A stretch of 64,000 nt of DNA from Catajapyx aquilonaris (taxonomy: Eukaryota), in NCBI GenBank assembly GCA_000934665.2, contig KZ538603.1:1-64000 (forward strand), given 5' to 3'. The number at the start of each line of letters is the position of its first letter. Position 1 is the first letter of the stretch. The notes beneath the pieces were generated by a model that ran no database searches, was not told where the DNA came from, and worked only from the letters and a program-made list of their open reading frames with translations. This document shows positions 13,360 to 24,664 of this stretch, piece by piece. A program made the translations under genes and the position numbers.

Positions 13360-13637
13360 CACAATGGAGGGACATCCGCCATGTTCCGCCATCAGCGCCG
13401 TCTGGCCAGGACACAGGTGTTAACCTACCGTATTCGAGGAGTGTCATAGGCCTGGTCAGGTCCATGGTCAGGTCTGTACACATCTGCCCCCAAGCGCATC
13501 AAAAGAGAACGACCCAGCAAAGATGGCGAATCGCCCACCCTTATTGAGCATTAAGTTTAAGCTGCTGTGCTTTTTTGTGGGCGCAAGGCAAAACTCCCGC
13601 CCAAATTCACAAGGGCACGACAGAAGTGTATGGGAAC

Positions 13638-13996
13638 CAGCCCACGGACACTTATACTATGTTCTGGCGTTATCACCTGCCGAGGCATTTTGCAGCGGGT
13701 GCTCACCTGAGACCGCCATGAGACATTTCGGAGGCCAGGATAAGTGGCGACCCTACCGGACTCAGGCTGAACTTCATAGGTACGAAAGGGGAGGGCAACA
13801 TGGCCGCCGGCGGCCATGTTGGGCCCCCCAATGTAGCCATCCCCTTTCGTACCTATAAAGTTCAGCCTGAGTCCGGTAGGGTCGCCACTTATCCTGGCCT
13901 CCAAAATGTCTCACGGCGGTCTCAGGTGAGCACCCGCTGCAAAATGCCTCGGCAGGGGGTGGGTGGGCGTGACCAGACCTTACTTATATGACCGTG
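13638..13996. mobile_element. Palindromic insertion inside the mariner HTH coding remnant (probable 8-bp TSD, hAT-like)
   Basis: Arms 13676-13790 and 13841-13955 are near-perfect inverted copies. ATGGGAAC flanks both sides, and the mariner reading frame is restored if the insert is removed. Confidence 0.65.
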
Positions 13997-16159
13997 ATGG
14001 GAACACATGCCTGGATCGTAGCAACATTTCAAGATGGTGTAAGCTGTTTTCTGAGGACCGATAAGACATTACCGATCAGCATTGTTCCGGACGCCCAATA
14101 AAAAAGTTCTTGTGGCAAAAAAACGGAGCTCTAAAAACATAGCATCTTTAATTAAGTACCACAGTGGAACAAATGCATCAACAGAAATGGTTCATATGTT
14201 GAAAAATAGCAAAATGATTGGGAGTTTTGTCTATCTACTCGCATGACATTAAACTTTTTCCTACGTAAATTAAATTTCTTGCGTTACATATTGATCCGCC
14301 TAGTTGAAATTAAGCTATGGTACCGGTATAGCTTCTGTTATAATGGCAAGCTATCGCTCAATAACTTTCATAACCTTTCATAAAGCCACCTTTTAATCAA
14401 AATTAATCATATCTACTTTCACATTTTAAAGTTGATTGCTCCATGAGATACAATAGGTCAGTTTTATTTCACCACATATCCCGTGCATTAGGCTAATGGA
14501 ACTGCATGAGTCAGTCCTATAAAGTCTATGGTTCACCATTAACCAATATATTGGTGAAATTCTTCCTCATACCTGCCTTGCTTCAGTACTTTTCACCTGC
14601 CAAGGAGGTCACAGTAGGCTACATTATTGTACAGTACGTGAAAAATTACACGTCACTTAACTCTCAAGTATCGCAATTATTAGTCTTGCATTAATTCGAT
14701 GACTTAAACCCAAATTGAAGAGAACTCTGGTAACTTAATTTCATCGTTTTCTTCGTGTTCTACATAAAACTTTATTTTCCACTGCTGTGACGAAAGATAA
14801 CAATAACATAAAATGGTGCTAAATGACAAAATTGTAAGACCAGTTCTAGCAAGCTAGAGTATGCTCAGACTATACGTACAATCCAAAGGCCCAGACGTGG
14901 TTGGAAGGTGAACAGAACCAAGGGGGTGTACATGACTTATCTGCACTCTACCTATTGGCTGTCCCATAATCCCTAGGCGTATCTCAGGGCCAATCCGGCA
15001 CCAGGAGCCAAACTGTCGCTGACGCCGCGCCGTCGCCTTAAAAACACATTTTGCGCTCTATAAAGCAGATCAATAACTTCTATTTATACCTCCAAAAAAT
15101 CCGAAATCTCTAGTCTCAATTGGGTAAGACGTAATTTATTGGTCGAATTTCGTACCCTTTCTCTTTCACGCCATTCGTCTCCAGTCTAGTACCATTACTG
15201 TACCTACCAGAATAAACTATTTTTGAGATGAACACCGAATCAAAACTGAAATACGACTTTGAAGTTAAGGCAAAGTTACATTGTATCCCTGGTTGACGAC
15301 AATGCGTGTAGTTGAAAATTAATTTTTATGCAGTACTACTACTTCTAGCATATATCACATATGTACAGGTAATATCCTGTAAGTTACGTATATAATATCA
15401 CCAATATATTCAACAAGCCTGCTTGACATGACAGGTTCTTCTCTACCTTGCAATGGCGACAAATAAAACTTAATTGCCGCCGCACGCAGTAATTAATCCT
15501 TAATTCAAAAAGTTGGAGCAGTGTAGATGATTTCTGACTTATATAACAGACAAAGTGATCCTCCTTCTCGAGATGGACTTTGCATGAAAGACGGGAAGAA
15601 ACTTCCCAACAAAGTGCCAAATTATTCTAAATGTACCCTATATTATTTTATACATTTAGAATTGGCATATCTGGATCATATCTGTCCACGGTGACTCTTA
15701 ACCTACTGCGTGTGCTGTGCATGTGATGCTGAGATTTGCTGTAATGGTAAGGTACCTAGTGGTTTTGGTAATTTTGGCAATCTTTTATTGTCGTCTAATT
15801 CCAAAATTAATGTATTCACTCTTTACCAGTTGGTCATCATATTAATTTTCCCATATACGATTGCAAACATGATACCCATTGTTTCATCGGCCTATTCGCA
15901 GCGTATTTTATTGTTTAAAAGTGTGAGACTTTTGAATTTCACTTCAATCTAACATCTGTGTCTTCTTGTTTAATAGAAAACACAATAATAGTGTATTATT
16001 AGGATTCCCATTATACTAATGCTGATATGAACGTGGGGATGTAGCAGTTAAACTATCAATAAAAAATGGCTTATTCTCAGAAGGTAAGGGCTTGTTATGC
16101 AAGTAAAGTCAGGCAGGTCACCGAGAGGGGGTCTTTCGTGGGATGCTCTTTCAGGAAGC

Positions 16160-17440
16160 CTATGGGATGTCCCTCCGGATACTGCAGGCAAATAGACAGA
16201 AAGGATATCCGCAGCATAGCTTATCTTCGCACTTCATCCTGGTGCCGCAGTCACACTCTTCTTCGGGTTCCACCATTCCGTTTCCACAGTAGGGTTCAAA
16301 ATGAGGGATGAAGCATCTAGTTTCCAGAACACGAGAGATTGCCTTCACACTGCAGAGGGAGAACATCCAGTTGTTGTATACCAGGGTGTATCTGAACTCA
16401 GTGCCCCGACGTATATGACTGCCTTCCTAGCCACCAGAGGATCGATTTAAGTATAGGAATCATTATGTTTGGCCGCCGCATTACGGAGATAATTGGCCGC
16501 AAACATGTACAAAATATCCTGTCGGTTAGGCCACCCATCGAACCCTCCCCCAGTCAGAAGGCTCTGGAAGGTCTGGGGGTGGGACTTTGTTGGTTTGTTG
16601 CCCACAGGTGGTAAGGCCTCTTTGGCTAGTTACACAAGAAAATTCTATTTAAAAGTCAGAAGGAGCGATTAGGCAAAAATCGCTAAAGAGTGTATCTCAG
16701 TAATGCGGCGGCCAAACATAATGATTCCTATACTTAAATCGATCCTCTGGTGGCTAGGAAGGCAGTCATATACGTCGGGGCACTGAGTTCAGATACACCC
16801 TGTATACGTAGGTTAGGCCGTTGTTAGAAGTGGAAGCCATTATGTAGTTGCCCAGTGCACTCTCTTTTCCAGGATGGCAGATAGCGTCCTGCTTGAACAA
16901 TGTGGTATAATGATTACAATATTGGCAGGGAAAAAGTATACCGGTATACTAGAAGTGCTCATACTCGATAATCGCCATGTACAGAGCCAAAGACATGCCC
17001 AAGTTCGTGCAAGAACACTCTGACTGCCGTGGGTGCCGGTGGAATCTTCTTGAGGTAACCGTTACGCTAGTGCTGACCGGGGGCTACGGTATTTATGCTT
17101 AAATTATCGTTGAATCCATGACTTTTCTTCCCCTTATAACGCACTCCTCCTAGTCAACTAGCTGTATAGGTTGCGGCAGTGAGCATCGACGCATTACCTG
17201 CATTATCCGAATAATATATTGGCAATTATCAGGGCAAAGCGTGAACAAAAATTATTCGTTATTTACGATTTACCTCGGTTCTGATTGGTGAACACACGAT
17301 GAGTGAAACCTATTGCCAGGCACACGTGGTCATATAGTCTTCCTTCGAGAATGTGTGCCAGTATTCATCGGCTGAGGTGTGCTGTCCCCTGAAGTCATTC
17401 ATCATCGGATTATTATCCGGGGGGGGGTGTAAAGGCGCAT
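16160..17440 (-). pseudogene. ADAM10/Kuzbanian-like zinc metalloprotease-disintegrin pseudogene; exons 17440-17274, 17197-16965, 16888-16160 (last one split by a MITE)
   Basis: Spliced translation gives DHVCLAIGFTHRVF, LGGV...LSINT, the zinc motif HELGHVFGSVH (16977-17009), the Met-turn GNYIMASTS, NNWMFSLCSVKAISRVL and the disintegrin start CGNGMVEPEEECDCG. Introns are GT-AG with compatible phases. Lesions: stops at 17154-17156 and 17067-17069, a 2-nt frameshift at ~17332-17336, and an exonic MITE. Confidence 0.88.
16382..16802. mobile_element. Tc1/mariner MITE with ~110-bp near-perfect TIRs, inserted in an ADAM exon
   Basis: CAGGGTGTATCTGAACTCAGTGCCCCGACG...CGTCGGGGCACTGAGTTCAGATACACCCTG followed by TA. 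Confidence 0.9.
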
Positions 17441-17511
17441 CTGTCCAGAAAAAGCGTCAAAGTATTAATGGATATTAATACTGTCTCGATTTTTGACACT
17501 TATAGATAATA

Positions 17512-17725
17512 TCAGGGTGGGGCAAAAGTCATGGGCGGATAAAAACGACGCAGCATGGCGTAAGTATCGAACGATTATACTATATTTAACAAAAATTACA
17601 TTACACAGAGAAAGATATGCCATTTATGGATCAAGGTCCAAAAAAGTCACTTCTTGAAAACAACACCGGATAGATGTCCACCTTTACGGGTGACACATTA
17701 TTCCTCCAAGCGCTGGACGAAACCC
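17512..17725 (-). mobile_element. Tc1/mariner-superfamily transposase C-terminus plus TIR remnant
   Basis: Minus-strand translation FVQRLEE*CVTRKGGHLSGVVFKK*; CAGGGTGGGGCAAAAGTC terminus at ~17512. Confidence 0.65.
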
Positions 17726-17778
17726 TTCATTCATTTTCTCCTTATTCATCGACTGGTGCATTGGTCTCAAACTCTGAA

Positions 17779-17970
17779 GTAGACTTGTGCGGATAGAGTG
17801 AACCCGGAAAACCGGAAGTGGCGGGTCACCTATTTATTAGGTCACATTTAATCCGAATCCGAAAACCGTTTGCCGCTATCTGTTGCGGTTGAGGCCCTGA
17901 TACGTGGCCACAGACGGACAGACAGAGCCGTCATATAAGACTTTTTTCGACGATGATAAAAAATCTAAAG
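17779..17970 (+). mobile_element. Helentron/DINE-1-like non-autonomous repeat, copy 1
   Basis: GAACCCGGAAAACCGGAAGTG core and GACGGACAGACAGA microsatellite; an inverted second copy lies at 40110-40337. Confidence 0.6.
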
Positions 17971-18415
17971 AGGGAGCAAGCGGATCCACTACTGAACGCG
18001 CCGGATCTGACGTCACTCATATCTCGAAAATGGCTGCGAAGTGCGTGTTTTTACGTTCACTAGTGAATTCTACGCATGTGATTTACCCACTGATCAATTT
18101 TTGTCCAAATCCGTTAGTGCCCACTTCACGGCCTTCCCTTGTAAGTCGTCCGCCCGAATGCGATTTGGTACAGTACGTACAGTGCGCCACATCCGGGGAT
18201 ACGGGACTCGTTAAGCTCACGCAAAAGGAGAGGGAGTTGCGGGGGGCTGGGCTGGACATAGGCTTGCAAAATATGGTACCGTGACTCGACACGATGCTAG
18301 TGTCAAGTGGCATTTATAGTTCTGGGAAAACATGTAGAGCTCTGTGTTAATTTGTACGAGAATTTTTTAAGTTTACTGCCAAACGGCCGTTATTTTTTTA
18401 GACGAGAGACAATAT

Positions 18416-18620
18416 CCCGGTGAAAATATCCATGTGAATTATCCATAAGAAAATCGTGTAGATTTGGGTGCACGAAATCGACATGATTTTCATGTGGATA
18501 ATACATGAAATCGACATGGATATTCCATGAAATCCCCATGGATATTCCATGAAATCTGCACGGATAATCCATGACATCCATGAGGACAATCCATGACATC
18601 CATATGGAGAATCCATGCTT
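18416..18620. mobile_element. Partial CACTA/EnSpm-like MITE end with ATCCATG repeats
   Basis: Starts CCCGGTGAAAATATCCATG and carries the same repeat motif as 19045-19676. Confidence 0.5.
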
Positions 18621-19044
18621 GTATAATTATTGGGCTGCCTAGTCAGAAACTGCGGGAAGTGACTTATTATTAGCTGCAACATCGTTGCAGTCTGACCCGC
18701 CGCGCCGTTGGTTCGCTGGTTGGTTTGTTTTCAGGGAAGTCCGGAATAGCCCCGACTTGTATGGCTCTTTTTGTTTATTTGTTAAGCCTTCGTAGAAAAA
18801 GCCGTCTTTCCTTACCGCGGATTGTCCTGCTCGCACCAAACAGCATTGCCATTGAATGACTCTAGCATATTTATGTCACAATGAAGTACGTCGGAGGTAC
18901 ATGAGCCGGATTCAGTGGAGTCTCCTGCCACATTTGCACACATGTAATGGTCAAAATTAATTCGCGTTGTTGTGGGATAAATCGGGGAGACTTGTATCAA
19001 TCATCCGACGGCAGCGCTATCTGGACGCGGGAAGCTGCCAGGAT

Positions 19045-19676
19045 CCCAGTGAAAATATCCTTGTTTTTTCATGGATATCCATGATATATTTCATGGCTCT
19101 GATGGATATCCATGAAAACTTCCATGGACCGCATAAATCTATGGATCTCCGTAACATTTTCATGGATGAGCAAATCAGTTCGCGCGGACCGCATTTTGCG
19201 ACATGCGGGCGAGGTCGTGTGTGTGATGGACGCGGTGGGTGCTCTGTGTGGGTGTATCAAGAGCCATGCATGCAAGAGTCATGATCAGCATGCATGGATG
19301 ATCAAGCATAATATGACAAAGATTCATGGAGTCGGTGAAAAATGTTATGGAAATCCATAAGAACCATAATCCATGAAATGTATTATGGATATCCATATGA
19401 TCCACGTTTTTATTATGGATGTACATGTGAAGGATCCATTGGGTCCATGAAAATGTTATGGATGTCCATAAGATTCATACCATCATCCACGGAAATTTTT
19501 ATGGATATCCATATGATCCACGGTTTTATTATGTCAAGGATCCATAGGGTCCATGAAAATGCTATGGAGATCCATAAGATTTATGCGGTCTATGGAAGTT
19601 TTCATGGATATCCATAAGATCCATGAAATATATCATGGATATCCATGAAAAAAACAAGGATATTATATTTTCACTG
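19045..19676. mobile_element. CACTA/EnSpm-like MITE with palindromic CATGGATATCCATG subterminal arrays
   Basis: TIRs CAGTGAAAATA(T)CCTTGTTTTTTCATGGATATCCATGATATATTTCATGG and its complement; many internal GGAT(A)TCCAT motifs. Confidence 0.7.
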
Positions 19677-19685
19677 ATATTTAAA

Positions 19686-19900
19686 CTACACCTCCATTCT
19701 TGTTTGATAAAGGCTCTCAAATTGGGCAGATTTGAGTAGTAATAATAACCGGGCAGCCCGGGTGTTTCCGAAGAGGAGGAGACGGACTCTGGCAAAAAGT
19801 AGCCTACTGTATCTACCACCAAAATGCCGACACTATCACAATGACAATAGCCTACCAAGTTAGCAGTATACCCGACATGACCAAAATAATGACTGGATAT
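19686..19900 (-). pseudogene. Probable trypsin-like serine protease C-terminal remnant
   Basis: GYTA...CHCDSVGILVVD...VS...PGLPGYYYYSNLPNLRAFIKQE aligns by eye with the trypsin pattern CQGDSGGPLVV...VSWG...PGxPGVYSNVxxLRxFIK. The catalytic GDSGG is degenerate. Confidence 0.5.
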
Positions 19901-20113
19901 TAGACTAACTTGTTCAATCGGCCACAGGGACAAAATACTAATAGTGTACTATGAAGTCATAAGGAGAAAATGAAAGCGGTCTGTTGAATTCAACAGATGT
20001 TGATCAGTCATCGTCAGGCCACCGGCGAAACAGGCATTTCACGCACTACGTACGAGTACTTCTGTATTACAGTACTTTACATCAGGTTAGTATGTCTCTG
20101 CCTTATACCAGGG

Positions 20114-20403
20114 ACCGAAGCAGTAGTGGTGTAGTGGTATGGTGACCGACTGCTAATCGGGAGGTCCTGGGTTCGAATCCCGGAGGCCGGCGACCCTGAC
20201 CATGGTTTTCTGTGGTTTCCCATGGTCCTTGCAGGATAATTCCGGGGTCGTTACCGTAATATAGGCCACAGCCGCCTCCTTCCTACCCTTTCCCTGCTTC
20301 ATTCCGGTGATGAGAAAAATAGTAAAAATGGAAGAGTTCCAGACAAAAAATTGGGAGAAATCCCCCCCCTAGGAAAGCCCGTAGGCTGATAATGGGGTAT
20401 CAA

Positions 20404-20449
<46 letters not shown>
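20114..20449 (+). mobile_element. tRNA-derived SINE, family A, copy 1
   Basis: A box TGGTGTAGTGG, B box GGTTCGAATCC, (TTA)n tail, and TSD TTATACCAGGG at 20103-20113 and 20450-20460. Confidence 0.9.
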
Positions 20450-20454
<5 letters not shown>

Positions 20455-20455
20455 C

Positions 20456-20720
20456 CAGGGGTCAAATTTTAACATTTTTGTCCAGATGCAAAGTTTGCAC
20501 TCCAGACTTTCATCGCTTTCATCTGGAGTGCAAATCGCTTACTTGGAGTGCTTGATTTTTCATTACTGGGTGTAATTGTACTGGGGGGTAAATGTAATGT
20601 TTAACAGCAGAGCCAATTGGAGTGCAAACTTTGCACCCCAAGGCTCAGTTTGGAGTGCAGATGGCAATTTATTTTGGAGTGGAAACTGCACACCTTTTCA
20701 TCCGAATATTTCGACCCCTG
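20456..20720. mobile_element. MITE with GGAGTGCAAA repeats; its left TIR was hit by the SINE
   Basis: TIRs CAGGGGTCAAATTT and ATATTTCGACCCCTG; internal direct and inverted GGAGTGCA motifs. Confidence 0.6.
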
Positions 20721-21315
20721 TTATACTATGGTATTTGTTAACGCAGGGGCGCGGCACAACTAGGTTCTTTGTCACCTGGGGGCAAACTAAGGTTCTGCCC
20801 CCGCCCCCCTCCCCCCCCGACCTGGGGAATTCTAAGTTTTCAATGTATAATGCGCCATACTTCATTTTTAACATTGAAGTCTAAATGATGATTTTAAGGG
20901 TATATTTCCTTCAATGCAATATTTATTTAAATTGTAGTTCAAAGTATTAATCTTACTTTTACCGTATTACCTCTCATATTGCGTCACGCCGGTATAAAGC
21001 GAGGTCGACCTGCAGCATGCCGGTATAACCCTGGGGTGGCCGGCATGCGGCAATAACCGAGGTAGATTTCCGTAATTTTGATCCTTGCCAATTTTTTTAA
21101 TGCTTCTGGTACCATACTAAAATAATGTTACAATGAAAATGGGCGAGTGTACAGGCTGTGAGAATGTGTCCGTTTTGTTGCACAGTGCATTAAGAATATG
21201 TAGAGTGTATGACCAATCCCATCGTCAGCCTGCTTCGACAGTAGGGGAACCCCCTGCTCTGACTTACGGTTTAAATGGAGATTATTGCCAAACACTGCGA
21301 TTGAAAACAATATAT

Positions 21316-22215
21316 GGGTGGTTCCATTTCAGATCAGCCAGTGAGTGAAAAAAGGTGTCAGGTCATAGTCATCGATTTTTTTGAAAAAAATATATGTGAA
21401 ACCCACATCGAATTGAACTCTTATGGAGCAATCAGTTTTACCAGATTAAATTTAGTTATCGAGATATTAATATTTCTTTGAAGGGGTACCAAAATCACAA
21501 TCACGCGAAGACGCACTTTTTCCCGCTTCTTCCATTGCTTTCAATGAGTATATCTCGGAAACTGTTCTGAGAACCAACATGAAATTTTAAACCCATGCTT
21601 TTGGAATGACACACCGTCATTTCATGCATAAATTTACCTCATTTAATGGTACAGTCACCTGCAAAAAAATCACCAATCTTGCATATTTTGGTCAAAATGC
21701 GCATATTTCGCAATTTATTACGCCGTTATGGTAAACGTGACGGTTGTGATGATTATATTTTGTGATATACTCGGTGACCCCCTCCAGGTTATAAAATAAA
21801 CCCTTCGTTAGCTCCGCGTGTAGTTGAGATATGCAAGGTGAAAATATGGCAACAAGCAAAAACATGCATATTTCAAAAATTATTTTCTCAAAAAAGCCGT
21901 ATTAATATTTTTTTTATTTTACAAGGACGGACATGTTATACAATTAACTGGTGTCAAAACCCGGTATATGTTTTAAATACGTGAGATACAAATTTTTGTA
22001 AAGTCACAACTTTTGTAATTGTGCTACAAAATGCACAATTCAAATAAATATTTTCTCGAAGAAGCCATTTTAAATATTTTATTTTTATTTTTTATTTTAC
22101 AAAGACGGACATGTTATAAAATTAAGTAGTGTCAAAACTCGGTATATATTTCTTATACGTGAGATATAAATTTTTGTAAAGTCACAACTTTGTGCTACAA
22201 TATGCACACTTAAAA
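21316..22215. mobile_element. Single truncated arm of the long-TIR element found complete at 50187-52907
   Basis: Begins GGGTGGTTCCATTTCAGATCAGCCAGTGAG and is highly similar to 50187-51100. Confidence 0.85.
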
Positions 22216-23459
22216 TTAGGGGGCACGGCAGTGCCCCCGCCAAGTTCTCGCCGCACTGCCGGACCACCTTTACCCGACACAACTCACGTCATTTTGACCC
22301 CCTCGAATCTTCGCACTGGTGAACATAGGTGGCTTCAAAATTTTTATTTGGGTAGATAAAAATCGATTTAAAATAATACCCCCTTACTTCCATGTTTATA
22401 TCTCTTTTCATTTCCGACTTAAAAAATCCTAAAAACTCCCAAAACGGCCAAAATATGACACTGACTGACTGACTGATCATAAACATGCAGTAACTCTAAA
22501 CAAGCCTGCAATTTGCACTTATTCTGTACCGGGAGGACAAGTTGATTGATTGATTTTAAAATTCCTTTATCTCTTATTTACTACACAGATAACAGGTATG
22601 TCACGTCCGTTGACCCCCTATGCTCCAACAAATCACCTCCACTTTCAACATACGTATGTACGTAATTCGAATTTTCCTGACAGGTGGTAATTGTGAATCA
22701 TGAAACCCCAGTCGTTAGCCTACTACTGACAGCTTGGTGTTGATGTAAAATTGTAAATAATAATAATAATCTTCATGCGTGATATCATGAGTGATCTGCG
22801 CTTGGAGTGTCTAGCAATATAGACTAATTTGAAAGCGTGCCCGTTGCTATAGCACGCTATCACAATACAAGGACTAAGTGAATGTAATTTGGTAAGAGGA
22901 TCTACACTGAATAGCACATGAGTCATAATCTAGTAGACAGGGAGGGGGGGGGGGGGTGCTAATGAGTGTAGAGAACAAACGCGCTCGTTTGGCTTGGCTC
23001 GTTGATGAAAGGGTGGCCGTTTGCCGCAGATACCCTATTGGTGTAGACATAAGCTCAATCAGCATAGTTTTCACCGGAGCAGGTCCACTTAGAAGACCTG
23101 AACACCGGACGCACGCCGTAGGGTGCACGAATATAGACTGCGTAGTGGCTGGGATTCTTGAAAGGACATTGAAAACCATCTGATGATGAGTCAAATACCG
23201 TACGTAATCATCTGATGAGCGCTGCCAGTCAACAAGGAGAGAAATCGGTTGCTTTTCATCCCTCTCACCCTCCTCTCCCCAATCACCATGTGGTCGGCTA
23301 AACAACCGGAAGATGACAACCGTTTCCAAACCCTGAGTCCGACAGGGGAGAAATAACAATCATTCGTTACCACTATAATTGACAGTCACGTAACATAAGG
23401 CTTACCTGCGTCACTGTCATCGTCGTGTTTCTTATGTAAATTAAGTGGATCATTATAAT

Positions 23460-24087
23460 GAGGAGCTCCCAAGCAAAAGCAGCTAGATCCGACAGTGGGA
23501 ATAAATTAGTTTGAAGTGGTATTGGATTCTCCATGTTGTCCTCTACCCAGTACCAAAATGTGGTGTAGCACAGTCACATAGAAATTGGCGTAAAATGGCT
23601 CCAAATATGTGTGTCCTAAGCAAAAACAGCTAGTTCCAAGCCATGATTTCATGCAAAAGCAGCTAGATCCAAGTTTGTGTACAAATCAAACCAGCTCCAA
23701 AGCGATCAAAATTTTTCCATAATGTTTAATGCGTTAAATAGTTAAATAGTTTTTTTCGTATCTTTATGAAACACATACATGAGACTGTCTCATGAGTGGT
23801 GGAATCCGCATTTAGTTAACACCATATTATTGTTAAGAAATAATTTCTGTGGGATTTATTTTTTTCAAGCAAAACCACTAGCTAGATCAAACCGACCTCC
23901 AAATTTGTGGCTAAACTACCAATCCACGATTTTCAAAACTTATATTTAAAAATGCAGAAAAATGCCATCTCATGACTCCCCCTATCAGCTACTTTCAGTT
24001 TGCACGTTTCCAGATATGACAATTTTTTAATCATCTCCTGTAAAATGTCTCATTATGGACTTACCTGCTTTTGCTTTCGAACTCCTC
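23460..24087. mobile_element. Sola-like MITE
   Basis: TIRs GAGGAGCTCCCAAGCAAAAGCAG and CTGCTTTTGCTTTCGAACTCCTC; internal repeats of GCAAAAGCAGCTAGATCC; flanks TAAT and ATAT. Confidence 0.6.
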
Positions 24088-24664
24088 ATATTTGGTTATT
24101 TTCTTTAAAATCCGGCCTCGGTGAGTAATTTGCAAGCACTGTTAGAAGGGTGTAAATATCCTAAGTGAATTATAATACATACTGTAGTTAAACCCGAGAA
24201 AAAACTGCTATGTGGTAATATTTTTCAAAAGTGTTTATAACAACAATATTTAAAATATTACAGGATTTCTAAGTGCCTTTCTGTTCTAATTGAGGTGCAC
24301 GATGAACGCGCGGAAGATGGAGTACAAAAGTCGCAAGGGAAATTAATCCAGCAGGTCAGGCATCCCCTCGGCTAAGGTCACAGGCTAAGGAGAAAGGCAG
24401 GGGTCACAGTGTACGTGTACGATATAATAATATTAGGATAATAAATATGACATAAATATTCTTTCAATATTAAGGCTCTTGTTAAGGCATATAAAATAAT
24501 GCTTCATCGACGCTTTTGTTGCACATGTTTACAGACCAATACTTTTCCGGCAATAAATATCGATATTCACATCCAACTTGTTCCAGTAAATTGATCTTCA
24601 TTTTCAGTTGCTAATATGATAGATGCCTGATATGTAGCCTAATACTAAAACCCATCATCTAGTG

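Larger units (their letters stand above)
10235..14302. mobile_element. Composite mariner-bounded foldback structure with nested inverted repeats
   Basis: Arms 10235-10460 and 14100-14302 are inverted copies of a mariner 3' end (VPQWNKCINRNGSYVEK*; SDFRLFAPLKK on - at ~10455-10490). A mariner N-terminal HTH lies at 13555-13637 (AAVLFLWAQGKTPAQIHKGTTEVYGN) and continues at 13997-14097 (TCLDRSNISRWCKLF...SGRP). Confidence 0.8.

Noticed and set aside
20120..20195. tRNA genes here and at 35715, 45900, 53370 and 53850
   Set aside because: A and B boxes are followed by SINE bodies, simple-repeat tails and TSDs; no convincing full cloverleaf.
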